A stretch of DNA of 64,000 nucleotides from Harriotta raleighana (taxonomy: Eukaryota). Below the pieces are notes generated by a model that was not told the origin of the DNA, made no database searches, and saw only the letters and a list, made by a program, of their open reading frames with translations. Every line of letters starts with the position of its first letter. Positions within the stretch are counted from its first letter, which is position 1. The stretch is taken from NCBI GenBank assembly GCA_050575255.1, contig JBNZDD010013732.1, positions 22,137,235-22,201,234 of the forward strand, read 5' to 3'. Position numbers and translations under genes: made by a program. Positions 50,442 through 64,000 of the stretch are shown piece by piece.

Positions 50442-52852
50442 ATAAAGTGAATGGTGATATCTCTTCAAAAGAAAGTATTGAGGAAAACTCTGTCCACCCT
50501 GAACCAATAACACGAGTTGTGAAACGCAAAAAGGGTTGGCCAAAGGGAGTGAAGCGCGGTCCGGCTAAATGGAGACGCAAAGCCGAGAATAAAACTGGGT
50601 TTAAACTCAACTTGTACACTCCACCAGAGACTCCGCTAGAGCCCGACCAACTAGTTTCAACGGAAGAGAGCCATATTGTGATTGAGAAACACACTGATTC
50701 AGCACCTGTGATAACCGAGGAAGAAGAGCTCGAAGAAGAACCAGAATCTCCAGAGAAGCCCATCTGCAAATCGAGTGAAGATAAGGAGTGTCTGGAAGAG
50801 GCAACCGAAAAGGTGAACGGTGAAGTGAATAAGGAAGAAACTGAAAATCTCGCAGGCGAGTGTGAGGAGGAGGAGGAAGAGGAGGAGCCAAACCAAAATG
50901 AGGATCATGATGCGGACGATGAGGATGATAGCCACATGGCGTCTACTGAAGTGGCGAAGGAAAATCCAGAGGAATTCAAGGAAGATTCCCAAATTCAAGA
51001 AACCTTTTTGGGGTTAAATGTTCCCAACAACACGACAGATCATAAAGATGAAATGGATCCCCAAAATGACCATGTGCCAGACTCTGATGAAGATCAAATA
51101 AATGATCAAAGTGGGAATTCAGAGCATGTACTGGACTCTGATGAAGATCACACGGACAGCCAGGATCTGAAAAACAGTGGTCAACAGTCCCCAGAGTTCA
51201 GAGCGGAGAACATTGTAAATGCAGAGCTTGATACAGAGACAGTACAGGCTGTTCAGTCGTTAACACAAGAAAGTAACGAGCAGGAAAGCAATGAACATGA
51301 AAATACCTACCAGGACTGTGCAGAGACACTGGAAGCGTGCAGAAACCTGCAAAATTATACTCACACGGAGCAGAGTCCGCAAATGACTACAGTGGATGAC
51401 TGTCATCCATCAGATCATAGCAGTCCCATTTCATCAGTTCATTCCCATCCTAGCCAATCTGTTCGCTCTGTCAACAGCCCCAGTGTACCTGCTCTAGAGA
51501 GCAGTTATGCTCAGATAAGTCCTGACCAGACTGGCATTTCTGCACCATCTTTACAAAACATCGAAACCAGCCCAATGATGGATGTTCCTTCAGTTTCAGA
51601 CCATTCGCAACAGGTTGTGGACAGTGGTTTTAGTGACCTGGGCAGCATTGAGAGCACAACTGAAAACTATGAGAATCCTAGCAGCTATGATTCTACAATG
51701 GGTAGTAGCATTTGTGGAAATAATTCGGCGCAGAACAGTTGCTCTTACAGTAACATATCTTCTAATAGCCTTACTCAGAGTAGCTGTGCCATGACTCAGC
51801 AGATGACAAACATTAATGGTAGTTGTAGTATGATGCAGCAAAATAGCATCAACTCTCCACCAAACTGCAGTGTTAAATCTCCTCAGAATTGTGTGATCGA
51901 AAGACCTCCCAGCAACAATCAGCAGCAACTCTCACAGTGCAGCATGTCCACCAGTTTCACACCAGCAATACAAATGACAGACATTTCAGAAACTGGGAAC
52001 TCAGCTATCAGCATCTATGAACGGATGGGCCAGGGTGACTTTGGAACTGGGGTCTATCATCAACCATCTGCCAATTTCAGCCTGGCCAAACTGCAGCAGT
52101 TAACCAATACAATCATGGATCATCCATTGCCTTACAATCACTCAGCTGCTGTTACTTCCTATGCAACTAGTGTCTCCCTGTCCTCCCCACATACAGGCCT
52201 TGTCCAGCTTTCACAGTCTCCTCATTCCTTAGCTGGGGGACCTCAAGCACAACCTACAATGACTCCTCCACCTAATCTAACACCTCCACCAATGAATCTG
52301 GCAGCACCACATCTTCAGCGCAGTATGGCAGCCCCCAATATTGGGATACCTCATACCCAAAGATTGCCCACACAGATGGCAGCAAAAGGCCATGTTTCAA
52401 TACGTTCCAAGTCGGTGCCCTTACCACCCGCTGCTGCTGCTCACCAGCAGCAGATCTACAGCCGTGCCTCACCAGCGGTGGCCATGCAGTCAGCTCCCCG
52501 ACCTCTGGCCATGCAGCGTGGCATGAACATGGGAGTTAACCTAATGCCAGCGCCAACTTACAATGTCAACTCAATGAACATGAATATGAATACACTGAAT
52601 GCTATGAATGGGTACAGGATGACTCAATCCATGATGAACAGTGGCTACCATGGAAATCCTGCTTACATGAATCAAACTGCTCAGTATCCCATGCAAATGC
52701 AAATGAGCATGATGGGAACTCAGCCATACAGCCAGCAACCGATGCAGACCACCCCACACAGTAACATGATGTACACACCGCCAACTCACCACAGTTACAT
52801 GAACACTGGCATGCCTAAGCAGTCTTTGAATGGCTCCTATATGAGAAGGTAA
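50442..52852 (+). CDS. KAT6B: KAT6B terminal coding exon (exon 18 eq.): acidic, Ser-rich and Met-rich (SM) activation domains
   Basis: cttcttcag|AT AAA GTG...; ORF 50408-52852 contains [71 protein letters not shown] and ends [12 protein letters not shown]. Confidence 0.98.
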
Positions 52853-54185
52853 TTTTTTGTTGGGCATATGAGGTACTGAAAGGAAATCCTGCCTGGCTGA
52901 GTGCAAGAAATCCATTTCTGGGTTTGTTTGGCCGAATTGTTAATGGGAAAACAATTTTAAAGTAATTATTAATGGCACTTTGCATTCAATCTGTTGACAG
53001 TAGGAAGCCTTATTTATTTTTTTTAAAAACTCAACATTGGATGGAGTTGTTACCTTTGTTGTACAACTGTATCTTTCCTTTCTGTGCTTGGCTTGAACAG
53101 AGTATAGAAATAAAGAAATATGGAGATTGAGGCCTGCAAAATTCAATAAGAATGTTGACTGCATTTATATGCAGTAACAGCCATGCAAAGGAAATTTTAA
53201 ATGTGCCTAATCGCCCATAGAAAGGATTTTGAAGGTTCTAAAATAGTGAAACGAAAAGCTCAAATGGTGGACAGCTTTAACTGACTTGTGGCTGAAACTC
53301 GGATGCTTTCGTACTTTGGACTTCTGTTATTATACAAGTGTATTGGATTTTGTTGAGCTGATACCTAATTCAGCATGCAGCAGAACATCATTGGAATTTG
53401 TTTGTGACAGTGTGTCCTTTAGTAAAACAAAAATGTGTTGTGTTTAACAGCAAGCCATTTCTTATGTTTTGCCTTTATTAGGTTTTACTAGCTTTGAAGT
53501 CAAATGAAAACTATATTTTTGTTAATTCTGAGATTGTAAAAATTGTAAAAGCTAGACCTTGAGTTCATTTGGCAGTTTTGAAGGGGTTACTTGCAAAATG
53601 TTAAGTGTAAAATTGAAATATTTCTTTTTTGTAATTTTTTTTCCTTCAGTGAGGCAGCTTTATAAATGCAAAGTATTCAGTTTGACAAATGAAGGCCACA
53701 AATTTGGTTAACAGCGTATCTGAATATTTGTACCTGTCAGTTTCATTTAAAGCATAGCTTTCTCTCAAAGTTCAGTTAGCAGCTGAACATGCTGTCTTAT
53801 ATGTCCAGTTATGTTGGCCCAATGATAAACCACCTTGAACTATTCATTGGCATTCCATCAGTAGATTTTTCTATCTTTAGAGAATATCGAAGTTATATTT
53901 TAACAAAAGCTTAGAACTGTAGTGTGTGAATAGACCAACATAAGCTTACAAAACGCATGTAAAAAGCAAAGGTATTTGTGTCTGTTTATATTTCTTCCTT
54001 TTTGTATCCTTTGTACTTGTACATGGTGACTGTAAGGACTGAGAGGAAAAAGCTGGATACATGTATAAAATAGGACGCAAACAAGTGAGATGCACTTGTA
54101 TTTATCAGTTATCTTTCTAGTCAGTCACCTCAAAGGACGCTGTACATTTTAACATGGAATAAATTATGTTGAGCCATTTACAGAT
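52853..54185 (+). other. KAT6B: Probable KAT6B 3' UTR
   Basis: Repeat-free AT-rich stretch after the stop codon, up to AATAAA at 54158-54163; true end not provable without RNA data. Confidence 0.6.
54158..54163 (+). terminator. Candidate KAT6B polyadenylation signal AATAAA
   Basis: Canonical hexamer about 1.3 kb after the stop, with upstream TGTA elements and T/GT-rich sequence downstream. Confidence 0.55.
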
Positions 54186-54809
54186 TTCCTGTGCTCTGAA
54201 ATTTTTCAAGTTCTTGATAAAGGATATAGAAATATCAACATATATGTATTAAAAATATTGATGTGCAATAACAACCTCAAAGGGGAAAAAACCCTAAAGA
54301 ATGCACTTAAGTGATTGTGTTGCTACTTTCTAATATGTCCGGCGTTTACCAGAGAACTAGGTCTAAATTTCATGTTGACATTTCCTTGTTATGAAATACC
54401 TGTGTTCCCATTGTCATATCTGTTCCACAGGTGTAAACTGTGTAACTATGGAAAAGATGCATGTCCCTTTAAAATCCATATTAGACTTATAAAGGCACTT
54501 TTGCCAATAGAGTTATATTTTCTTTTGCTGTGAGCAAAATATATTTGTAATATTCCTGTTCCTAGCTTGTATTTATTTTAACCTGGGTATTGAATGTTTT
54601 TCCATCTATTACATTATATTTTTAAGCAAACCAGGCTGCCCATTCATCTCTGCATACTATTGGATAATTAAGCTATTCATTATTCATATTGATGTTGTAG
54701 AGCTGCATATAAGTAAAATTAATCATTCACCATAGCTGTTTGTGAGACATTGCTGTGTGCCAATTTGTTGCCAAGTTCACCTAAAAACACAGAAAACACT
54801 TTCGAAGAG

Positions 54810-55220
54810 GTAAGATTCGAGATGAAATTTAAAGACAAGGAGGGGGTGAGACACTGTGGTAGAGGGAGGATGTTCCGGGGGTTAGTGTATGGGAACCAAA
54901 GGCTTGTCCACCAATAGTGACGCAGAGACACTGGGTGCAGCAAGTTTGAGTTAACTGAGTGACGGAGGCAAGCAGAGGAGTAGGGAAGAAAATTGGAGAG
55001 ATAAGGAGGTACAGTATTAGGAGTGGGTGGACTTGTACATGTGGTTCAGAACCTTGAAGCTGATTCACTGGGAACCTATGGAGTGGCAAGGACTGGGGTG
55101 ATAAATGTGCAGAATTGGTGCAGGTGAGTATGTGAGGGGTGTTTTTTGTGAGACTAATGAGGGGGGCATGGGAAAAGTCATGCCCTCTTTTACTGTCATG
55201 GAGCAGCATTGGGTATAAGA
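54810..55220 (-). mobile_element. Decayed L2-like LINE fragment
   Basis: Purine-rich + strand similar in character and motifs to the 19533-20280 L2 copy; no intact frame. Confidence 0.5.
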
Positions 55221-58200
55221 GATTGATTATCTTATGTCTTTGAAATCCAATTATTCTCTTTGTTTGCTAACCATAGCAGTTTTCTCTAGGCTGCAAAAGG
55301 TTTTCCAGCTATGGTACTGTAAACTGCTGCCCTATTAGTTTAGAAAGCAAAATGTTTTAGAGAGCCAAGTCCATCTGGAGGCAAACCACAGGCACATTTA
55401 TTTGAGCCTTCTTTTGGCAATATTCTTCCTCAAAACCAGGCTTCATCTACAGGCATCTCTCCTGCTCCAATGCAAGATTACCTGCCTGTTCCAGGATGTG
55501 AATAAATTATGATTCTGAGGCTTGTGAGATTAATTGCATAACTCAATGACAGATGGAAATGGCTCCCTTTTATCATTTCACAGCAGGAAAGATAATGTAA
55601 AAATGAATAGTGTGCCAAATGGTAATTACTTGTTTGCAATGATCTCGCTGACAACCCTTTTCTATTATTCTATGAAAGAAACACTATTTTTAGATTTCCT
55701 ATTGGATGGATAAATCCAACATGCCTGCAAAACTAAACTGCAAAGATGTAGAAAAGATGGGCTTAGATTGCTGAATATTCACGCATATAATATCGCATTT
55801 AAATTCTAATCGAAATAATCCTTACATATGACTACAGCGCCATTCACACTGGGAAGATATCAGAATGCACTTCACAGCTTTTACTATAAGTGTAATGACT
55901 ATATTTTGTTGGCAAACACCCAATCAGAGCCTCACAGAATTTAGGAATAGCTTATAATATACCCCTACCAGGACAGGTGCATTATATAATAAGGTAGCAA
56001 TGTTTCACTAAATATTTCTGTTGACCACTCATTCCAATGGAAAGCTACAATTTCTCTATTTTTAAAGACGACCGAACACGCAGAATGATGGATACATGTT
56101 AATTTCCATCTTCCAAATTGTTAGTATACTTTTCATCGTAACCAAACAGCAAGAGAAGGTAACAAATATTTGCATTAGAGAACATGCTCTATAATATTTG
56201 AATTTGGTTTAGCACTTTATCAACTTCACACACTTTGGTGTGTGATAACTGTTGCACAGACAAACCTGGCAGGTGGTTGTTTTACCCCCGCCTCCCACCT
56301 CCAACAATGTATTGTGTACCATAGAACTGCCCACCAGGAGCTTGACCTCATTACTGATCTCCGTGGTGACATGGAAAAAACATGGAAACGCTGTGCAGCT
56401 CCTGGGAGCCAGAACATCCAATAATAAACGAGGCTTCAACCTGCCTCTTGAGGACATCCATTTGCAGGCGATGCTAGAGGGGCTGTTCAACGTCCTGAAT
56501 TGAGCCATCTTACTATGATGGCTATAAGTACCATCATACTTACTAGTACCCCCTGTACTCAAAAGATAAATGTTAACAGAAGTGAAAACCAAAGTTACAT
56601 CATTGAGTAGGAACAAAGCACTTGGACTTGTTATCTAACTCCATTTGTTGGTAAATTGTGTCAGCATAGGTGGAATTACTTTAGGATCTCAAGTAAGCCC
56701 ATCAATGTTTCAGACTTGCATGCCACATGGTCTCCTTAATATAAGAATTAACTGTAAAGATCTTGCAGCAAATGAATGGAATCTGGCCATAGAATAATGG
56801 ATACTTGTTCATTTCCTGGTCCCAATTGCAAGTATACTTTCCATCATAGCCAAAAAGCAAGAGATGGCAACAAGCGCAGAGTAAACATGTCAACCAATTC
56901 CATTATCATGCAGCCATCTATCAAACTGGCATCCATGTTCGCTGATTCCAAATTAGAAGAGGGTAAAAGGGAAGAAGAGAAAAAAAAATCTGGTGCCTGA
57001 AATCAAGTTTTAGCCTTAGGCCTATTATGTTAATATTTAAATAAGTGCAGAATTCTGGAAATGGTTGAATTCAATCCTAATTTGGAAGGATATTTATTGC
57101 AGGAAGGAAAACCGGTTTTCAAATTAGAACAAAATTTAAGAATTTTCAAAAATGTTGTAAATGCTTAAACTTTTAAGAGCATGGTTTTACATAATGGATT
57201 TCTGGTCTCTGGTTCATAGTTTATTCCTGTAATTTTAATTGACATATCTAATTCTACACATTTTCTTTCTCTTTGACTTTCTTTAAGGTCCTATACAAAT
57301 GCAATTTTGCTGTTGTTTAATCTGAGCAATTCCCACCAGTCATTCTTGCCAATACATATGTGGTGTTTCTCTAATCATCAATGATACATCTGAACAGGCA
57401 GCCATCCCATTTCTGTGCAATGTGCAATTCAGGACTTGAAACAAAATCAATAACAAGAAGACATGAGCTCAAATGGTCATTAAAAGAGTTAAGGGTGAAG
57501 CTAGAAATTGTTTTTTTGCACAGAGGGTTAACATAGGTTGGAATGGTTTCTGCAAGTGGCTGACCATGGTAAGAATTAATGAGATTTGGAAAATTTGATG
57601 CAGAAGTATATAAAAGCTTTTGGGGGAAAAACAGGAAATTTGAAGTGGTGAACTAACATAAGCTTAGGTTTATGGGCCAGATAGTTGTTTTCTATATTTT
57701 ACAATTAGAAATCCAACTTCGGTGTGAAAACACCAAGTTGCACGAGTGCAAAACTGTAATCTGAGTACAATTCCTGTCGTGGAAAACATACAGGAATCAG
57801 TACATAGTCATGCAGATGCAATGAGGATTGTTGTTGTGGGTGGCTGAACATAAGTGAGATTTCTTTTCACACATGGTTGGCCAATTCCATTTTCCCTGCA
57901 GTCACAGTAAAATTATTGTTTGTGAACAAAACGGAGAATGCGTCTGTGAACGGGTTGCTCACTTCATTTTTTTGAGTACTATTGAATGGGCTTTTAAAGA
58001 CTGGAAGTGCTGGAATACCATTGAAATTCAAAGGAAATGACTGTAATAGTCATATTTTGATGTGCATCAACCGATCAAAACTATTTATACTTAGCCAGAG
58101 TTTAACATAATCAGGTTTACGTGTTACAGAATTGAAATGATTTCCTTCAAGCGGGTTTTACTGCTACTGTTTCAGGTACTCATTGTAAGTAGGTAGAATT

Positions 58201-59723
58201 CGGGGTATTTCTCATTCGCTGGTTTGCTGATTTGCACTGTACACAACCTTAAGAGCCTGAACAGCTTTTTTTCTTTGTATGTTTATATATGTTGATGCTA
58301 ACAGAGCTATGCGTGGATCTGGTTTGTTTTGTGGAGTTTCCATCCACTTGTTAAATGTCTCAAAATAAATTTTAATCTGAGTTCAGTGGAATTATTCGAC
58401 AAATATGTCACAGTAAACAACAACAACAGTGTTTCGGACCTGAGTGGAGGTTGGGATTGGGGAGGGTGGAGGGAAGGGAGGGCAAGTGGGGGTAACCAAT
58501 GACAACCAATGAAGAGGAGGGTCTTGAGGTGCGATGTTTAGGTGGCTAGGGAGACTCCGACGCAGAGGGATTGCAGAATGGAATTAATCTCAAAAGAATG
58601 CATTGAGATTTAAATTGTTTAACTGAGAATAAGAACAAACAAAACCATGTATAACAAGAAAACTAAGTTGCTTTTATTTTTTCTGTTTTCTGACCCTAGT
58701 TCTGAGGGTCATTATAAAATCTTTTGCTCGCTTAAGAAACAAGAAAGCATGACGTGAGCAGTGAATCATAGACAAAAGAATACTTTGTAATATTTGCACG
58801 CTTAAACAATCAAAATCAGCCTTTAACAGTCCTCAAAAATAATATTGAACCGTTTGGAGACATGCCTGCATGATATACTGCAGCAGTATGTGAAATTTTG
58901 TTGCAGCTGGAGTCAGTTATCAGGGAATCCAAAGTGCTTTTCAAAAAACCCTCAGAGCCCTTGGTATGCAGTAAATAACAAGCTGTGGAGACTGAGATCG
59001 TGCTTGTGAGTATCTGGCTACCAAGTGCACTCCTAATGCCAGAATGTCACAGACTGTTATTGGAATCATGTACAGTATCTCTTAACAGGTGGAAACCATT
59101 ATTCTGTGCTACATTGTAATATGTTTTATGATTTGGGGCTTTATGCTACACAATACCAACACTTAAAACACTTTTAGTAATATTATAAGATCTAAAATAT
59201 TATAATGTATTTGCATACACCTTCCCACCTGGTTAAATACATTACAAAGCTTTCTTTTTTCTGTCTATACCACATTGGATTAATGTTGGAGATAATGTAC
59301 TCAAAGACAGTAAGACATTTTATGAGAAAAAATGTTTTGCATTTTGATAACAATTGCTGAAAAATATATTGGAATTTCAAAGCACAAATTATATGTTAAT
59401 TTGAATCAAAAAGATGTTTGAAAAGTCAACTTCATCTCAATACAGTGTAGCCAACAGATAGTCAAAGTAAGAATAAATATGTGCATTGAAATAACTGGAG
59501 TAATTTCACGGCAGTTTGAAATTCTGATTTCATAATTTTAGGTGTGATTTGGCTGCTGCTCTTTAGTCACTGCAAAACATTTGTCTGAATAGCTATTTTG
59601 TCCTTGTAAAACAAAATCTGCGTATAGTGTCAGAAATAAAGTAATTAAATTGAAACATTTTAAAATTGACATTTTAAATTGAATTAATCCATACAAAAAG
59701 AGTCCTACTGCGTCTACGGATTG

Positions 59724-59968
59724 TTAATGTGCTTCTTTTTCTTCACCATTCTTTTTGATCCCATTCCTTCCATTGCTTTTCTCTATTGCCAGTTGTATAT
59801 CAAGGGCTCTCAGTTGTTTTAGGAAACCACGGTTTGGTAAAATGCATCTCCGTTGAATTACTTCTTGAATTGCATCTACCACTGTCATATTCTTATATAT
59901 CATCAGGTAAGCCAGAACAAGTGTGGCTGACCTGCTTCGACCCATAGCACAATGCACCAAAAGTTTAC
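59724..59968 (-). CDS. DUSP29: DUSP29 (DUPD1) last coding exon with PTP-loop active site
   Basis: ttctag|GT AAA CTT...; [22 protein letters not shown] (HCxxGxxRS plus AYLM motif) and [11 protein letters not shown]; stop at 59724-59726; total CDS 645 nt = 214 aa; convergent position next to KAT6B matches known synteny. Confidence 0.96.
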
Positions 59969-61450
59969 CTAGAAGCAAATAGAATGAATTAGATCTGGGA
60001 GAAATTATATATTTTAATCTTTCACTGCTATTGCAAACTTACAAGAAAGATGCACACAGAATACAGGCATTGGATTGCGATGCACCCGAGAAGTGTCACA
60101 TCTACCAACTGAACAGTGTCAGAGCTCAGGTTATAGCCAATCAACAGGGAGACAATTGTGGAGCAAATCAAATGCTGTATATAACATGAAATATTAAGAC
60201 TCAGTGATTTCAATGCAACTTTGTTTCTGGTTTTTATTTAAAATAATAATCCCTATTACTTCCAGGTCTAAGTTCAGTTATGATCTTTAGTTACCTTTCA
60301 GTGCCTTGGGATGTCCTCCCAATGTGAAAGGCATTATACAAATGTAATTTTATTTCTGTTGTTGTATGGGTTTTTTAAAGGGCATTCCCAACTTTGTAAC
60401 CTTTGCTTATACACAGCACATTTATGTGATCCTTGAATTAAACAAATTTCAGGCTCAAGTGTGATGTCCTTACACCCTCCCCCCTCCTTTCCACCAGTCA
60501 AATAGCTTGATGATCCTCATTGCTTAAGCTCCCACATGATAAATAGCCACTTGGGTGGAGCTGTTATTTGGTGCCTTTAGAATTGTATCACAGCTTGAGA
60601 CATGGCAAAGAAGTATATTTGCAGAAATTATATTCTAAGACCAACATAGTATCTAACATATCCATAATGCTGCTTTCAAACAAGGGTTATTTTGGGATTT
60701 AATACATTGAGATTGATAAGTTACCATTGTAACATATAACCTAATGACTTCTGAGATGTCTTTCACCAGAGATAATGGCTCAGTCCTGACTGGTTTGCTG
60801 CTACTATTAATAAGAAAGCTATGTTTCTTCTGCTCTTTAGTCACCTGAATGGATTTAATATTTTCTAGGAAGTTGTCAGTGGGGCTTGCCTCTAGGGTGG
60901 TATCGTTTGCAAGCTGATATATAATAGTTATCATTTATATATTGACATAACTGATTCCATGATTCACAGTATAGTATTACGCTAATGTTGCAGATTAGTC
61001 TTACTTGCATCAGTCTGACATAATTCATCAGGGCTGTTAATGTACGACTAAGTTTGTGACATGACGCAAATGACTTGAGAATATTGTGTTTTCAAAGGAC
61101 AGATTCTGGTGAGTATTTTCTGCCCTCAAACTGTGAGCTTCTGAATGATGTGCCAATGTGGGGATTTCCTCAGATTAACCAACTCTTTCTCTCGCTGTAC
61201 TTGATCTCAGTTTCGAAGATATTCATCTGCTATGTAGTGTCCGTGCATTTGTAGGCAAACGTGATAGCCAGTGTCCCACAAGAAAATCAATATATTTCCA
61301 AAATATTGTCATTATTAATATTTGGGGGGCCAGAATAGGGAGAGGAACTCCCAATACACCAGTTCAGACAATAGATTTATATTACTTGGATACAAATAAG
61401 TTACCAGTGAGATATTAGTCCAATAGTTGAATGTGCCAAACATCACTTAC

Positions 61451-61671
61451 ATCCTTCTGTGCTGAGAGCTTTATCAATGTATGCGGCAGCTGGATAAAAG
61501 AATACACTCAAGTTAAACAGGGGCAGGTCTTCAGCCTCAACCCCATAGTAATCGATAGGCATCTCACTGTAATATTCAGCTCCTGTGTCCACATTCCATC
61601 GACCATGGGCTGCATTTAATATGTGAGTGAAACCTGTCTTTTCAATCATATATCGGTCCAATGCTGTGGCT
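61451..61671 (-). CDS. DUSP29: DUSP29 (DUPD1) second coding exon
   Basis: tttcacag|A GCC ACA...GGA T|gtaagt; (E)[73 protein letters not shown], includes the general-acid Asp loop (EAEDLP); 221 nt. Confidence 0.95.
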
Positions 61672-61904
61672 CTGTGAAACATAGATAGAGCATATCTTAA
61701 TAGAGCTTCATGCAATCAAGGTACATGTACTTAATGGAAGAAAATGTTAAAACAAAATGATTTCCTCTCCCCTAACCCTTCATCTTTCAGGAATATAGTA
61801 TTTGGTTATCTTGGTAAGGATTTGCACAGGTAATCTGATCCTCCAATCCTGCGAATGTTGTTCTATAATTGGTCATTCAAAGATATGCCAGAGTGGCTCT
61901 AATA

Positions 61905-62190
61905 CAATAATCATCTCACATTTGATTTGGTGCCTTATCACAGCATCGGGATGTCTCAAAGTACTTCACTGGGTATACTATGAGTGGATTAAAGTGTGTA
62001 TTTTTTTTAGGTGTGACAGGCAGTTTGTGCACAACATACAGCCAATTTTATTTTGGGGGATTTGTTGGTTAAGACAAATTCTCTTCTCTTTTTAAATCTT
62101 CAATGGAATCTTTAATGTTAGGCTGAACAGTCAGATGGGACTCGACTTAACATCTCATCCAAAGGACAGCACCTCCTGACACACCCCAGC
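61905..62190 (-). mobile_element. DeuSINE-like SINE in DUSP29 intron
   Basis: catttgatttggtgccttatcacagcatcgggatgtctcaaagtacttcac tail and ttaacatctcatccaaaggacagcacctcc core. Confidence 0.6.
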
Positions 62191-63348
62191 AGTAATGGTC
62201 ATCACAAAATACAATAAGATTATCATCTCACCTCCCTGTAAAGAGATACCATCACTTTCTGTATCTCCCCGACTACAATGAGGAAAACCCACATATGTTT
62301 TGTAAATGCATTGATTTATGGAAATAAGGAAACGGGATTGAAACTATGATGTGTTGATCATCATCTTTGACAATTTTAACACATTAAATGTCACAATTTA
62401 CGCTTCACAGCAATATTTTAAAGCAACTTAAAAGTGTTTTAGTTCTTTATGGAGCACGTTATATAAACAGGTAAGACTTTAAAGACTCAATCTCAGTCCC
62501 TCAAGGTGGTAGTGTCATAACCTCCACAACAAGAATGTTTCTCAGTGGATTTCAGTGCTCTATATTTTTACTTGACATTAACCGTATGTATCTTTTAACA
62601 CAATGTGAATCTTTAACTTTGGACAGCCAGGATATCCTGGTGTAAATTATACTCTTACAACATTGTTTGTCCGTAGACATCAAACTAACTGAGTTCATGG
62701 TGTGACCATACGAACACCCTTTTATTAGTGATCCCAGGGACACGGCTGTCACATGACGGACCAAAAACAGGTGTATTGCAAATACCAACAGACAGATGTA
62801 GTCCAGACAATCTTGACTCTACATCAATGAGAAGAATCATTCAGATACATAAATCCATTCTGCCCATTTAATTTCATCCATCCAGCCTACCAACTCTCAT
62901 TCTTCCATCACAGCATTAAAGTGGATCCATAAATTTTGAGTCCAGTATTCTGGGAAATGTAAGATTACCAGGAAAGACAATCTTAATGGAGCTCAAGGTA
63001 GCAAATCTTCCTCAGAAAAAACAAATGGAAGTGTTAGAAAGGCCAGATGGGGAAGCATTGCTTGCCCTTGAGACACATGCTCATGCCACCTGTGTGTTAT
63101 TGCATGTAATTTTTAATTATTTCTCTGGATGTTAATAAGTAGGTTGATTATAGGACATTGTTGCAAAGATAAGCATGTGTAAACTGCATGGTAAATTATG
63201 GCTGAAACAACTGCTAGTGTGTTATGGCCCTCAAATTCTAATGAAAATTGGTTTGATTTGGTGACAAAATAGTGACATATACTCTATTATGTTGTGTTTC
63301 ATAGAACCTTTACCTGACTGAATAAATAGAATTCATGTCCCAACTTAC

Positions 63349-63527
63349 TCGTCTCCTATGTAGATGCCCGGCCAGACTTCATTGACATGTGTATACTTTG
63401 CAGACCCCTTCCAGAAGAGACGCTCCAACTCAAATGCACCTGGCGTTGCATAGTCATCATTGGGGTTGACTTTAACAGCCGAATAGGCATTTTTTTTCTT
63501 CTGGATCTGGATCCCTGTGGAGGACAT
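63349..63527 (-). CDS. DUSP29: DUSP29 (DUPD1) first coding exon
   Basis: ATG at 63527; [59 protein letters not shown]; donor GA|gtaagt; 179 nt; possible 5'UTR acceptor near 63580. Confidence 0.93.
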
Positions 63528-64000
63528 CGCCGTGCTCTGGTGTGCTGAGGTATGTGGTTACTTGTTTAGGTGTTGTTGCCCTAGATATTTGGTACAAAAT
63601 AACCTCAAGTAAAAAGATGAAACTAAAGACCTCTAGTTACAATCTGACATCTTGCAACGGCTTAATTTCCTGTGTAGCTCACAGTTCCTCTTCAGGATTA
63701 CTTGTTTTTAATATGTAATATGACCTCTGATGTACAGTTTTGTTATATAGAAAGGGGACAGTCGAGAACACAATACATTCAGTGTGTAACAATGGGGTCT
63801 AATTAACAATTTACCGTGTGGTACAACCTTCTTCAGCACATCATTCATGCGTGTGTATCCTTTTCTTGGCCTTTTCCAGCCTTTTGAGCCCATTATCAAT
63901 ATTGAGCATGCATCAAATCCAAGGTAACGCCTCCTTATTCCTTCCCATGATAATCCATCTTCACTCCACTCTCAGAAGAGCTTATCATTATTGATAATAC

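Noticed and set aside
50316-52915. Antisense and alternative-frame ORFs over the last KAT6B exon (also 10637-11333 over exon 8)
   Set aside because: Expected shadows of a long coding exon with biased codons; no independent splice signals or motifs.
59724-63527. Assignment as DUSP13, DUSP26 or DUSP3
   Set aside because: [35 protein letters not shown] and HCAMGRSRS plus position directly next to KAT6B fit DUSP29/DUPD1.

Overview
AT-rich vertebrate genomic DNA, most likely from a cartilaginous fish (inferred from DeuSINE/CR1/L2/DIRS repeat types; species not determinable). The + strand holds the last 14 coding exons of the MYST histone acetyltransferase KAT6B (MORF/MYST4; equivalent to human exons 5-18, 4595-52852). 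All junctions are GT-AG and splice into one open frame (5255 nt) covering the double PHD finger, MYST domain, acidic region and Ser/Met-rich tail. Convergent on the - strand is the complete 3-exon CDS of the atypical dual-specificity phosphatase DUSP29/DUPD1 (63527-59724, 214 aa), the known vertebrate neighbour of KAT6B. Introns contain decayed LINEs and SINEs, a DIRS retroelement relic, a hAT MITE nested in a SINE, a CpG-rich Tigger-like MITE, hairpins and two N-joined assembly duplications. I found no convincing new protein-coding system. The best leads are regulatory: (1) a splicing/polyadenylation hub around the large KAT6B exon 8 (three in-frame donors, a hairpin over the distal donor, a candidate alternative terminal exon with intronic poly(A) signals); (2) a MITE carrying NRF1 and ZNF143 promoter motifs; (3) a duplicated splice donor and a candidate poison exon inside the MYST domain. 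Human comparisons are from memory, not from a search. Repeat boundaries are approximate unless TIRs/TSDs are given.
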